This document shows positions 47,718 to 57,781 of a stretch of DNA of 64,000 nucleotides, in pieces. The translations under genes were made by a program, and so were the position numbers. The notes beneath the pieces are model-generated. The model saw only the letters and a list, made by a program, of their open reading frames with translations, ran no database searches and was not told the DNA's origin. This DNA comes from Terriglobia bacterium (GTDB lineage Bacteria; Acidobacteriota; Terriglobia; Acidiferrales; UBA7541), in NCBI GenBank assembly GCA_963695545.1, contig OY968796.1, positions 3,616,001 to 3,680,000 of the forward strand. Reading direction: 5' to 3'. Position 1 is the stretch's first letter. Each line of letters starts with the position of its first letter.

Positions 47718-48521
47718 ATGACCAGTGAAACTCGCTCAGACGGTCTCGCTATCGAGTTGCGCAACGTGGCCTATCGCGTCGAGAACGGCCGCGCGCTGGT
47801 GACTGACCTCAGCCTGTCCATCGCGCGCGGCGAAACGCTCGTGCTGCTCGGGCGGAGCGGCTCGGGCAAGACGACCTCGCTTAAGCTGATCAACCGTTTG
47901 CTTGTGCCGAGCGACGGGGAAATTCTGATTGAGGGGCGCCCGCAATCGGAATGGGATGCGATTCGCCTGCGCCGCAGCATCGGCTACGTGATTCAGGACG
48001 TGGGGCTCTTTCCGCACTGGAACGTAGAGCGAAATGTGGCGCTCGTGCCGCGTCTGGAGAACTGGCCGCAGGCGCGTGTGCAAGAACGCGTCCGCGACAT
48101 GCTGGCGCTTGTTGGCCTGGACGCAAACGAGTTCGCGCAACGCTTTCCTCACGAGCTTTCCGGCGGACAGCGCCAGCGGGTGGGCGTGGCGCGCGCTCTT
48201 GCAGCCGACCCGCCGATCCTGCTGATGGACGAGCCGTTCGGCGCCCTTGATCCGGTGACGCGCGCGGGATTGCAGCGCGAATTTCGCGGGCTGGCGGCGC
48301 GCTTGGGAAAGACCATCGCGTTTGTCACGCACGACCTGCGCGAGGCCTTGCTGCTCGGCTCGCGCATCGCCCTTCTGGCGGCGGGCCGCCTGGTGGGTGT
48401 CTACCGGCCCGAAGAATTTCTTCGCGCTTCCGAACCGGAGGCGCGCGCGTTCGTGGATTCGCTCGATGCCGGCGCGCCGCCGGCCGCTGCGTCCGGCGCC
48501 GAACCGGGAGGCGAGCCGTGA
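47718..48521 (+). CDS. Osmoprotectant (glycine betaine/choline) ABC transporter ATP-binding subunit
   Basis: GRSGSGKTT, LRRSIGYVIQ, LSGGQRQRVG, MDEPFGALDP and VTHD. Confidence 0.92.
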   Translation: MTSETRSDGLAIELRNVAYRVENGRALVTDLSLSIARGETLVLLGRSGSGKTTSLKLINRLLVPSDGEILIEGRPQSEWDAIRLRRSIGYVIQDVGLFPHWNVERNVALVPRLENWPQARVQERVRDMLALVGLDANEFAQRFPHELSGGQRQRVGVARALAADPPILLMDEPFGALDPVTRAGLQREFRGLAARLGKTIAFVTHDLREALLLGSRIALLAAGRLVGVYRPEEFLRASEPEARAFVDSLDAGAPPAAASGAEPGGEP

Positions 48522-49165
48522 ACGTACTGAACTTCTTCGTGCAGCAACGCGCCGAAATTCTGGAGCGGACCATCGAGCATTTGTGGCTGGTATCCGCAGC
48601 CATGACGATCGCGGTGCTTATCGGCATGCCGCTGGGAATCGCGCTGGTGCGGCGGCGCGTGCTGCGGCGTTGGGTGCTCGGCGCGGCCAACGTGATGCAG
48701 ACGGTTCCGAGCCTGGCGCTGTTCGGATTCCTGCTTCCGGTGCCGGTGATCGGCGGCATCGGCGCCAGCACCGCGATCGTCGCGCTTACTCTCTACGCGC
48801 TGCTGCCGATTCTCCGCAACACGTACACGGGCATCGCCGGCGTGGACCCGGCGGTGGTCGAATCCGCGCGGGCCATGGGCATGACGCCGCGCCAGACGCT
48901 GTGGCAGGTCGAGTTGCCGCTCTCGATGGGCGTGATCCTCGCGGGCGTGCGCGTGTCCACGGTGATTTGTATCGGCGTCGCGACGATTGCGGCGGCTATC
49001 GGCGCGGGCGGGCTGGGCGTGTTTATTTTTCGCGGTGTGGCCATGGCCAGCAATCCGGTGATCCTGGCCGGCGCGATTCCCGCAGCCCTTCTCGCCGTCG
49101 CGGCGGACTTGCTCCTGGGTTTGCTCGAACGGCGGCTCACGCCGCGCCAGGCGACACGTGAATGA
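48518..49165 (+). CDS. Osmoprotectant ABC transporter permease
   Basis: QTVPSLALFG, YALLPILRNT, ESARAMGM...VELPL and GAGGLG. Confidence 0.92.
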   Translation: MNVLNFFVQQRAEILERTIEHLWLVSAAMTIAVLIGMPLGIALVRRRVLRRWVLGAANVMQTVPSLALFGFLLPVPVIGGIGASTAIVALTLYALLPILRNTYTGIAGVDPAVVESARAMGMTPRQTLWQVELPLSMGVILAGVRVSTVICIGVATIAAAIGAGGLGVFIFRGVAMASNPVILAGAIPAALLAVAADLLLGLLERRLTPRQATRE

Positions 49166-50061
49166 GCCCAATTCTTCTCCATCGGCGTGACGTTCTGCGG
49201 CTTGCGGGCGGAGCCACGCTGGCGCTCGCGGGCTGCCGCAGCGCGCGTGCGGACACGCTCATCGTCGGATCGAAAAATTTCACCGAGCAAATCGTGCTCG
49301 GCGAGTTGCTGGCGCAGCAGATCGAAGCGCACACCGCGCTCCGCGCCGACCGCCGCTTCGATCTCGGCGGCACGCTTCTCTGCCATCAGGCGCTTCTCGC
49401 CGGTCAACTGGACCTCTACCCCGAGTACACCGGCACCGCGCTCACCGTCATTCTCAAGGAACCTCCGGCGAGCGACCCGGCCGCCGTGTACCAAACCGTC
49501 CGCGACGCTTACAAGAGCCGGTTCGGCCTGGAGGTCGGGCCGCCCCTGGGTTTCAACAACACTTTCGCCATCGTCGTGCGCGGCGATGATGCCGCGCGCC
49601 TGCACCTCCGCGCAATCTCGGATCTCATCCCCATCGCGCCCAAATGGCGAGCGGGTTTTGGCTACGAGTTCATGGAGCGGCCCGATGGCTACGCCGGTCT
49701 GGTCAAGGCTTATGGCCTGTCCTTTGGATCCCAGCCGCGCATTATGGACCTGGGCCTGCTCTATCGCGCCCTTCAGGAAAAGCAGGTGGACGTCGTCGCC
49801 GGAAACTCCACCGACGGCCTGATCGCCGCGCTCGGCTTGGTCGTTCTCGAAGACGATCGCCACTATTTCCCGCCCTATCAGGCCGTGAGCGTGGTGCGCG
49901 AAGGGGCGCTCGAACAACACGCCGGGTTGCGCGAAGTGCTCGACGCACTCGGCGGAAGGATTTCGGAGGACGATATGCGCCGGATGAACTACGCCCTGGA
50001 CGGCGAACACCGCGACGTCACTTCCGTGGTCCGCGATTTCCGCGCGGTTCACCATCTGTGA
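49162..50061 (+). CDS. Osmoprotectant ABC transporter substrate-binding lipoprotein
   Basis: RRDVL...LAGC leader, VGSKNFTEQ, YPEYTGT, GFNNTF and FPPY. Confidence 0.92.
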   Translation: MSPILLHRRDVLRLAGGATLALAGCRSARADTLIVGSKNFTEQIVLGELLAQQIEAHTALRADRRFDLGGTLLCHQALLAGQLDLYPEYTGTALTVILKEPPASDPAAVYQTVRDAYKSRFGLEVGPPLGFNNTFAIVVRGDDAARLHLRAISDLIPIAPKWRAGFGYEFMERPDGYAGLVKAYGLSFGSQPRIMDLGLLYRALQEKQVDVVAGNSTDGLIAALGLVVLEDDRHYFPPYQAVSVVREGALEQHAGLREVLDALGGRISEDDMRRMNYALDGEHRDVTSVVRDFRAVHHL

Positions 50062-50202
50062 CATATTCGGCGGCGCGACACGCCGTTGCCGCGCACAAAA
50101 TATCTCTGATAAGAACTCTTGCCAACGGGCTGGTCATTTGCATGGATCTCACAAGATGTACAGAGACGGGACGTCTAGAGGCGCGCCGTCAGTTGAAGCC
50201 GC

Positions 50203-50763
50203 TTATTTGCTGGCGCCGGTTTGGCCTAGTTTACGGAGGCGCTCTTGGAGTTTGCGGCGGAGGGTGGCGGGCGTGTTTGGATTGAACGCGACGAGGTACC
50301 AGAGCGGTTGGCTGCGGTCGCGAGAAAGATTGGTGAGCGTGGTTGGATCGGCGTTGGGATGGCGCGCGACGTTTTCGCGGATGGCGGCGTAGGGGTGCTT
50401 GGCCAGGCGCGCGAGCGTCTTCGAAGAGACGCGGGGATGCTCGCTGATCAGGCGCAGGAGATAGAAATCGGAATCGGGGGCTTCTTTGGCCAATTTTTCG
50501 AGCAGCTCGGGCTTGGATTCGGAGCTCAAGACCCAGCCGACTTTTTCGTCCCAACCGGAATTGATGTTGTTGAGTTCCTTGGTGCGCTCGTGGATCAGCT
50601 CTTCGAGCGTGGCGCGCTCATGGGCCAGGCGGCCGGCGGCCAGCGTGGTGTTTTCGAGCGAATCGAGAACGCGCAAGAGATGCTGCCGCTCGCCGAAAAC
50701 GATTTGCGTGGTGCGCGCCCCGGTGGCCTTCGCGGGCGACGCGACCAAATCCGAACGTCTCAT
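50203..50763 (-). CDS. Hypothetical protein with LRV/HEAT-like repeats
   Basis: GAGGA RBS; repeats L.KLA...R..VA.HPN, AFNPNTP. Confidence 0.7.
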   Translation of the reverse strand: MRRSDLVASPAKATGARTTQIVFGERQHLLRVLDSLENTTLAAGRLAHERATLEELIHERTKELNNINSGWDEKVGWVLSSESKPELLEKLAKEAPDSDFYLLRLISEHPRVSSKTLARLAKHPYAAIRENVARHPNADPTTLTNLSRDRSQPLWYLVAFNPNTPATLRRKLQERLRKLGQTGASK

Positions 50764-50785
50764 TTCGTCCTCACTTTATTATGCT

Positions 50786-51148
50786 TTATGAAAAACCCAG
50801 CTCGCCGGCCAATCGCTTGAGCTCGTCGTCGCGGATGAGCAGATGCGCCGAATCGAGCGGTGCGCCGGCCTCGCATTGGCGTTTGAGCCATAATCCCGTG
50901 ACATCGATCTTTTCCTCGCGCGAGAGGCGGTGCGGCCGGGGGCGCTCAAAGCGCCGCAAGGCATCGCCAGAAATCGCGACGACGACTTCCGTCATCCCAC
51001 CGACCACTTCGTCGCCGCCAGCCCGAAAGAAGAAAAGTTCGGGCTTATCCCCCATCGTGAGAAAGCCGGACTTCAGAAACTCGACCTCGCATGTCGAACC
51101 GGTGGGGCCGACAGCGGTGAACCGTTCATAGAGCGGTTCGTAATTCAC
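50786..51148 (-). CDS. Hypothetical protein
   Basis: Co-directional with and close to the 50203-50763 gene; protein-like composition. Confidence 0.6.
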   Translation of the reverse strand: MNYEPLYERFTAVGPTGSTCEVEFLKSGFLTMGDKPELFFFRAGGDEVVGGMTEVVVAISGDALRRFERPRPHRLSREEKIDVTGLWLKRQCEAGAPLDSAHLLIRDDELKRLAGELGFS

Positions 51149-51245
51149 AATGAATTATGGGTGTGGAGTAGGGGGTAGTAAAGTTAGTGGTGAGACGTGC
51201 GGTTCCATCCGCGCAACACGCGCGAGGGCGTAAAAGGAGCTTTCG

Positions 51246-51521
51246 ATGTCGGCGTTCGACGAACTGAAGGACGAACTGGAGCACTTTGAAACGATGATGG
51301 GGCGGCAACGGGGGCGGTTGGCGGTGACGCTCGACCGGCTGACGAACGCCATGGTGCTGATCGGGCAGCACAATGTTTATTGCCATTCGGCGCGCGATCC
51401 GCGGGTCCCGATGATGGACGTGCAGATGATTACGGGCGAATTGCGCACGGCGAAGGAACTGATTCAGAGCGTGATGGAGGAGATGCGCGCGGAGCGGGAG
51501 GCGAAGGAGCGGGAGGCGTAG
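51246..51521 (+). CDS. Hypothetical helical protein
   Basis: AAGGAG RBS, coding-like codon bias. Confidence 0.75.
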   Translation: MSAFDELKDELEHFETMMGRQRGRLAVTLDRLTNAMVLIGQHNVYCHSARDPRVPMMDVQMITGELRTAKELIQSVMEEMRAEREAKEREA

Positions 51522-51530
51522 GGGAGGGCG

Positions 51531-52253
51531 TCAGCGCAGGAAGGGATTCGATTCGCGCTCCGCGGCGATGGTGGTTGCGGGGCCGTGGCCGGGGAGGACG
51601 ATGGTGCGATCGGGCAGAACCAGAAGCTTTTCGCGGATGGAATCGATGATTTGAGGGTAGGAACCGCCCCATAGATCGGTTCGGCCGATGCTGCCGGCGA
51701 AGAGAGTGTCGCCGGCGAAAAGGAGCGGGGCGTTGCGATCCGATCCCGCCGCGGGCTTGCCTTGGGATTGCGGCGCAGAGTCGGGTGAAATTTCCGCTGG
51801 CATATAAAGCGTGATGCTGCCGGGGCTGTGGCCGGGCGTGTGAAAGATCTGAGCGGAGTAGCGGCCCCAGCGCACGGAGTCGCCTTCCTTCAGAAGCGAA
51901 TCCACTTTGGTGGTTTGCGGCGTGGGCAAGCCGAGCAGAGCGGCCTGAATCTCGAGATTTTCATAGAGCGGGAGATCGGCGGCGTGCATGAGGACGGGCC
52001 CGCCGGTTGCGCGGGCGAGACGCGCGAGGCCGCCGACGTGGTCAATGTGAGCGTGGGTGCTGACGATCGCGCGGACTTTCAGGTGATAGCGCGCGAGAAT
52101 TTCTTCGATGCGATCGACTTCGTCGCCCGGGTCGATCACCAGCGCCTCGCCGGTTTCGGCGTCGCCCACGACATGGCAATTGCATTGGAGCATGCCGACG
52201 GGCAGGATTTCGTGAATTAATCGTGCAGCCACGTGGGAAACTATAGCATCCAA
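51531..52253 (-). CDS. MBL-fold metallo-hydrolase (glyoxalase II-like); start uncertain
   Basis: VIDPG, THAHIDH, TPGHSPG, GDTLF.GSIGRTD and PGHG. Confidence 0.92.
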   Translation of the reverse strand: MDAIVSHVAARLIHEILPVGMLQCNCHVVGDAETGEALVIDPGDEVDRIEEILARYHLKVRAIVSTHAHIDHVGGLARLARATGGPVLMHAADLPLYENLEIQAALLGLPTPQTTKVDSLLKEGDSVRWGRYSAQIFHTPGHSPGSITLYMPAEISPDSAPQSQGKPAAGSDRNAPLLFAGDTLFAGSIGRTDLWGGSYPQIIDSIREKLLVLPDRTIVLPGHGPATTIAAERESNPFLR

Positions 52254-52340
52254 TTTCCAGGGGAAGTTCAGGTCTGCGCCACATCATTCTGTTAGGATTT
52301 AAGGGGACGCATTTTGCTTACTGAAAGGATTTCGGGACCG

Positions 52341-53408
52341 ATGGAGTTGGAAGGCGCTCTACTCGAAGTGCATCGCGCGGAAGGCGCGACGCTCGGAACG
52401 TTTTTTGGCTGCACGCTGCCGGCGCGATTTGGTTCGGTGGAAGCGGAATACCGCGCGGCGCGTGAAACCGCCGCGCTCGCGGATACGAATTACCACGCGG
52501 TGTTTCGCTTCGAGGGGCCGGATCGCGCGCGGTATTTGAACGCGGTGCTGACGAGCAATGTGCGCGACCTCGTGCCGGGGCAAGGCACGGTGGGCCTGTT
52601 GCTGAACGCGCAAGGACACATCCTGGCGGAGATCGAGACGCTGGCGCTGCCGGACGCGATTCTGGCGATTACCTACGCGAGCGTGGGCGCGGCGACATTC
52701 GCGCACCTTGAGAAATTCATCATCATGGACGACGTGGCGCTGACGGACGTGACGGCGTCGATGGGGTCGGTCGCGGTGTCTGGGCCGAACGTGGCGGATC
52801 TGGTGTTCGCGCTGACCGGCGTGAATTTGAGGGTGCTCGCGGTCCATGCGCACGTGGAGGCCACGCTGGGGACGATTCCCTGCCGGATTGTGCGGCGCGT
52901 ATTCCCCGGGGTCGAAATTTTTGTGGCGCGCGAAAAACTGACGGAGATTTGGACTTTGCTGCGCGCGTCGGTTGCGGCGCTCGGAGGGAGCAGAATCGGA
53001 TACGACGCGATCAACGTGCTGCGCCTGGAGGCTGGCGTGCCGTGGTTCGGCGTGGATTTCGACGAGAAGCAGATTCCGCATGAGGCGGCGCTCGAGGAAT
53101 CGCACATTAGTTACACGAAGGGCTGCTACACGGGGCAGGAAATTGTGGAGCGCGTGAGATCGCGCGGGCAAGTGAACCGGCGGCGCGTAGGACTGCGGTT
53201 CGATGGCGACGCGGCGCCGGAAGCGGGAACGAAGCTGCTCGCGGGCGGCGCCGAGGTCGGCAACGTAACGAGCGCGGCGTATTCTTTTGCGGCGAAGAGC
53301 GCGATCGGGATGGGTTATCTGCGGCGCGAGCACACTACGCCGGGCCGGTTGCTGCAATGGAGCGGCGGGACAGCGGAAGTGATCGAACTACCGCTGGCGA
53401 AGAAATAA
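52341..53408 (+). CDS. YgfZ/GcvT-family folate-binding protein
   Basis: GPDR..YL..VLTS, LRLEAG.PW and KGCYTGQE signature. Confidence 0.9.
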   Translation: MELEGALLEVHRAEGATLGTFFGCTLPARFGSVEAEYRAARETAALADTNYHAVFRFEGPDRARYLNAVLTSNVRDLVPGQGTVGLLLNAQGHILAEIETLALPDAILAITYASVGAATFAHLEKFIIMDDVALTDVTASMGSVAVSGPNVADLVFALTGVNLRVLAVHAHVEATLGTIPCRIVRRVFPGVEIFVAREKLTEIWTLLRASVAALGGSRIGYDAINVLRLEAGVPWFGVDFDEKQIPHEAALEESHISYTKGCYTGQEIVERVRSRGQVNRRRVGLRFDGDAAPEAGTKLLAGGAEVGNVTSAAYSFAAKSAIGMGYLRREHTTPGRLLQWSGGTAEVIELPLAKK

Positions 53409-53432
53409 CTCGGGAAAATTCCAGAGAGATAG

Positions 53433-53831
53433 TTACTTTGGGAGCGGCTGCTGCGCGGCGAGGGAATCTTTTTCGCCGACGGCTTCGGTGTGACCGCGTT
53501 CAGCGGGAGCGGCGCGATGAGCTTTTGCGAGCAAGAAAGAACGCTCCAGGAGCCGGATCGCGCGATCTACATCTTCCTCCGCACGCAGATAGAGGCTAAT
53601 CCAACCGGAACTCGGAAGGATGTGATGGGGCTCGGCTTCGCGCGCGGCGACGATTTCGTCACGCACGCGCTTGGGAAACGGAATGTCCACGAGGCTATCG
53701 CCGTGGATGTGGCCGATTTCGCGTCTGCCGAGACGAAATTCGACCCCACCGAACCGATGCGGCGCCATTTGGACGCCGTCCCAGCGGCTCGCGGCTGCGC
53801 AGATCCGGCGATTGGCTCCTGAGACTGGAAT
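53433..53831 (-). CDS. DUF5519/luciferase-like family small protein; probable ATT start
   Basis: HRFGG.EF.LG.REIGHIHG...DIPFP...PHH.LP.SGW; frame open 21 codons above the first ATG to an ATT preceded by GAGGAG. Confidence 0.75.
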   Translation of the reverse strand: MPVSGANRRICAAASRWDGVQMAPHRFGGVEFRLGRREIGHIHGDSLVDIPFPKRVRDEIVAAREAEPHHILPSSGWISLYLRAEEDVDRAIRLLERSFLLAKAHRAAPAERGHTEAVGEKDSLAAQQPLPK

Positions 53832-53920
53832 GCGATGCTCCTCGTCAGCGGAAATCCTGCTCTAGCGATTATAGGCCCGCGAGTGGAGTCCGGTTGCGCT
53901 GAAATAGATACGGAAGAAAT

Positions 53921-54460
<540 letters not shown>

Positions 54461-54572
54461 GATTCCTTTTGCCTGACTCAATTCTCTCACACTGGACGAA
54501 CGGCGACAATCGCGGCTCGTGGGTTAGGAGTCGGGCACGGCGGCTGCGTGCGGCGTTGAGGCGGCGCGCGCG

Positions 54573-55421
54573 GTGTGGCAAATTCCTTCTGTGATTCTCG
54601 CCGCTGCGCTCCTGCTGGGACTCGTGATCGGCAGCTTTTTGAATGTTTGCATCGTGCGGATTCCGCATGGCGAATCGATCGTGCGGCCGGCGTCGCATTG
54701 CACGGGCTGCGGACGCGCGATTCGTCCTTATGACAATATTCCTGTGGTGAGCTGGCTTGTGCTGCGCGGGCGCTGCCGCACGTGCAAGAAGCCCATCTCA
54801 TGGATGTATCCGGTGGTGGAGGCCGCGACGGGGCTTCTGTTTCTTGCGTGCGCGGCGGCGTTTGGTCCGACGATCGCGGGCGCGAAGTGGGCGCTGCTTT
54901 CGGCGCTGATCGTGGTGCTGGTGGGCACCGACATTCGCGAGCGCATCCTGCCCGACAAAGTGAATTTCACGGGCCTCGCGCTGGGACTGGTGATCAGCGG
55001 ATTTCTGCCGCCGGTGGACAGCGTGGCCGCGTGGCTTTCGGGCAAGATGTTCGATTTTCCGCCGCCGGTGCCGGTTTTGTCGGTGGCCGATTCCCTGCTG
55101 GGCGTACTTGTGGGGGGCGGGTTGCTGTGGATCGTGGCGGAAGGATATTTTCGATTGCGCGGGCGCGAAGGAATGGGGCTGGGCGACGTGAAGATGATGG
55201 CCATGGTGGGAGCGTTCGAGGGGCTAGAAGGCGCGCTGCTGGCGATCCTGATCGGATCGCTGCTCGGCAGCATCATCGGCGTAGTCTTCATCAAGCTTGC
55301 CGGCAAAGATTCCGATTACGAGTTGCCGTTCGGGGCGTTCCTCGGAGCGGGATCGCTGATCGTAGTCTTTTTCGGCACGCGCATGCTCGAGTGGTATCAA
55401 ACCGTTGCAGGGGTGCGGTAA
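54573..55421 (+). CDS. pilD: Prepilin peptidase (A24)
   Basis: GSFLNVCI.R.P, SHC..C, NIPVVSW..LRGRC..C, GMGLGDVK and PFGAFL. Confidence 0.93.
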   Translation: MWQIPSVILAAALLLGLVIGSFLNVCIVRIPHGESIVRPASHCTGCGRAIRPYDNIPVVSWLVLRGRCRTCKKPISWMYPVVEAATGLLFLACAAAFGPTIAGAKWALLSALIVVLVGTDIRERILPDKVNFTGLALGLVISGFLPPVDSVAAWLSGKMFDFPPPVPVLSVADSLLGVLVGGGLLWIVAEGYFRLRGREGMGLGDVKMMAMVGAFEGLEGALLAILIGSLLGSIIGVVFIKLAGKDSDYELPFGAFLGAGSLIVVFFGTRMLEWYQTVAGVR

Positions 55422-55457
55422 GTTAGTTCCGTAAGTTCGTGCAATAAGTCAGTGTGG
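55419..55457 (+). repeat. Three degenerate 13-bp tandem repeats starting at the pilD stop codon
   Basis: TAAGTtagttccg / TAAGTtcgtgcaa / TAAGTcagtgtgg at 55419, 55432 and 55445. Confidence 0.55.
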
Positions 55458-55476
55458 CAGATTGTATCGAGGCGCA

Positions 55477-56859
55477 ATGTTTTCGCCGGCTACCAATCCG
55501 AACATGATGCCGATGTGGATTTTCACGACAGCGCTGCTCGTCGTGGTGGTCGTGGGGTTCGTCTATCTCTTCTCGGTCGTGGTGCGGCGCCGCGTGTCTG
55601 GAACGCAAACTCGTGACGACGTGCTCGGCGATCGTCCGCGCAGCGAGAATCCGACGGCGTTCATGGCCGCTTCGCTGCAGGCCGTGATCAAGAAATTGCG
55701 CGAGCAGGAAAAAGAACTGGCGCAACTGAATCGCAGCGAACGCGAGCGCGCGCAGCAAACCGAAAAGTTGAGCGAAGCCGTCACGCGCAACATGCCGGCT
55801 GGAATGCTGCTGGTGAGCGCCGCGGGCCTGGTGACCAGCGCGAATCCGGCGGCCGAGAACGCTCTCGGCGTGCACGGCCTCGCGTATCGCCGCTACACCG
55901 AGCTATTCGGCGCGGATTCGCGGCTCGCGCACCTGATCGGCACTTGCCTCGAAGACGGCCGCACCTACCGGCGCGAAAAAGTGGAATACGCGACTCCGGG
56001 GAACGAGCAGCGCCAACTGGGCGTCTCCATCTCGCCGATTCTGCGCGGACCGAATCAGGTGACCGGCGCGATCTGCCTGTTTTCGGATTTGACCGAGCTG
56101 ACCGCGCTGCAGAAGCAGATGCAGATGAAGGAAAATCTCGCGGCGCTTGGCGAGCTTTCAGCCGGCCTGGCGCACGAATTCAAAAACGCCCTGGCCACGA
56201 TTTCCGGCTACGCGCAAATGATTCGCATGGAAACGCGCGACGGCGAACTTGGCGAATATTCGCAAAAGATATTGGACCAGACGCGCGCGCTCACGCACGT
56301 GGTCACTGAATTTCTGAAATTTGCGAAGCCGCTCGATCTGGCGTACGAGCCTGTGTCGCTCGGGCCGGTAGTGGGGCGCGTGCTGGCGGAGGTCGGCGCG
56401 GCGCTGCCTTCCTATGCGGCGCTTTCGGCGGAGGGCGAATTCGGCGAAGTGCCCGGCGACGAGCCGCTGATCCGCCAGGCGCTGCTGAACCTGGTGCGCA
56501 ACGCCGCCGAAGCCGCCGGAGCGCGCGCGGCGGCCGATGAAGACATTTTCCCGCGCGTGGTGGTCCAGGGCTCGATCGAGCATAGTGGAGGACAAACCGG
56601 CCAGCGGATATGCGTTACGGACAACGGCGCCGGAATTGCCGAGCCCGATCTGCCGAAGCTCTTCGTTCCCTTCTACACCACGAAAACCGAGGGCACCGGC
56701 CTTGGACTGGCCGTGGTGCAGAAGATCATCGTGCAGCACGGCGGTACGATCGAGGCCCGAAACCGCCCCGAGGGCGGGGCCGAGTTTATCCTTTGGCTAC
56801 CTTTCGCCCGCCTGTCCTTCGGGGAGATTGATTCCGCCGCCGCGCGCGTCCTAGACTAG
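55477..56859 (+). CDS. PAS-domain sensor histidine kinase (NtrB/PilS-like)
   Basis: Single TM helix, PAS-like region, AHEFKN H-box, NLVRNA N-box, DNGAG and FYTTK..GTGLGL. Confidence 0.92.
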   Translation: MFSPATNPNMMPMWIFTTALLVVVVVGFVYLFSVVVRRRVSGTQTRDDVLGDRPRSENPTAFMAASLQAVIKKLREQEKELAQLNRSERERAQQTEKLSEAVTRNMPAGMLLVSAAGLVTSANPAAENALGVHGLAYRRYTELFGADSRLAHLIGTCLEDGRTYRREKVEYATPGNEQRQLGVSISPILRGPNQVTGAICLFSDLTELTALQKQMQMKENLAALGELSAGLAHEFKNALATISGYAQMIRMETRDGELGEYSQKILDQTRALTHVVTEFLKFAKPLDLAYEPVSLGPVVGRVLAEVGAALPSYAALSAEGEFGEVPGDEPLIRQALLNLVRNAAEAAGARAAADEDIFPRVVVQGSIEHSGGQTGQRICVTDNGAGIAEPDLPKLFVPFYTTKTEGTGLGLAVVQKIIVQHGGTIEARNRPEGGAEFILWLPFARLSFGEIDSAAARVLD

Positions 56860-56925
56860 TACCAGTGTGCGAACGGCACTAGCTGGCCGGAGCGCTCGTT
56901 TGCCCGGGAAGGCGGTCCTTAGGCC

Positions 56926-57684
56926 ATGATCAAACGTCCAATTATCCTTTTCTGCGCGGCCCTAACCGTATTCGGAGGCGCGCGTTTGGCCGTGGCGCAG
57001 GATTCCTCTTCATCTTCGACCGATACCCTGGCCGAAGCGGCGCGCAAAGCGCAGGCGGAAAAGAAGACCGAACCCAAACCCACTAAGGTCTACACCGACG
57101 ACAATATCGGCGCGGTGCAAGGCGACATCAGCGTGGTCGGCCAGGGGGCCGATACAACCGGCGCGTCGAAAGGCGATCAGAGCGCCTCGAAGGACAAGGA
57201 TTCGGGCGAGAAGAAGGACGAGGCCTACTATCGCAAGAAGTTCTCCGACCTGCGCGCCAAGCTCGCGGACGATCAGAAGAAACTCGACGATCTTCAAAAA
57301 GATTTCGGTGTGAAGCAGCAGCAATATTACGCCGATCCGAATACCGCGATGAAGGAAGGCTACACGCGCAAGGATCTGGACGACACGCAAGCCGAGATCG
57401 ATAAGAAGAAGCAGGACGTCGCCGACGACCAGCAAGCCATCAGCGACGCCGAAGACGATCTGCGGCGCAATGGCGGCGATCCCGGTTGGGAGCGCGAAGA
57501 TTCATCGCCGGCAGCGACATCCGCGGCGCCGGCTTCGTCCGAATCACAAACCACTCCGGAATCCGGAGAAGAAGTATCGCCCTCCGAGACATCCACGCCA
57601 CCGCCGGCGCCGGCACCGGAGCCATCGACCACCGCGGAGCCAGATACACCAGCGCCAGCGTCGTCGACTCCACCTTCGTTATAA
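56926..57684 (+). CDS. Secreted coiled-coil hypothetical protein
   Basis: Signal peptide AVA|QD, KVYTDDN motif, coiled coil and Ser/Pro/Thr-rich tail. Confidence 0.8.
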   Translation: MIKRPIILFCAALTVFGGARLAVAQDSSSSSTDTLAEAARKAQAEKKTEPKPTKVYTDDNIGAVQGDISVVGQGADTTGASKGDQSASKDKDSGEKKDEAYYRKKFSDLRAKLADDQKKLDDLQKDFGVKQQQYYADPNTAMKEGYTRKDLDDTQAEIDKKKQDVADDQQAISDAEDDLRRNGGDPGWEREDSSPAATSAAPASSESQTTPESGEEVSPSETSTPPPAPAPEPSTTAEPDTPAPASSTPPSL

Positions 57685-57781
57685 CCGGCACGATCGCTTG
57701 GCTACACACCTGCTGGCAGGCAACGCACACGATCGCGTTACCTCGGACGTTCGCTCCGGGATTCGTGATAAAAAGAGTGCG

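Noticed and set aside
56870..56890. Sigma54 promoter upstream of the secreted protein gene
   Set aside because: GGCAC and GC are one base off the required -24/-12 spacing
57470..57781. N-terminal extension of the sigma54 regulator
   Set aside because: Overlaps the upstream gene; the receiver domain begins at ATG 57782
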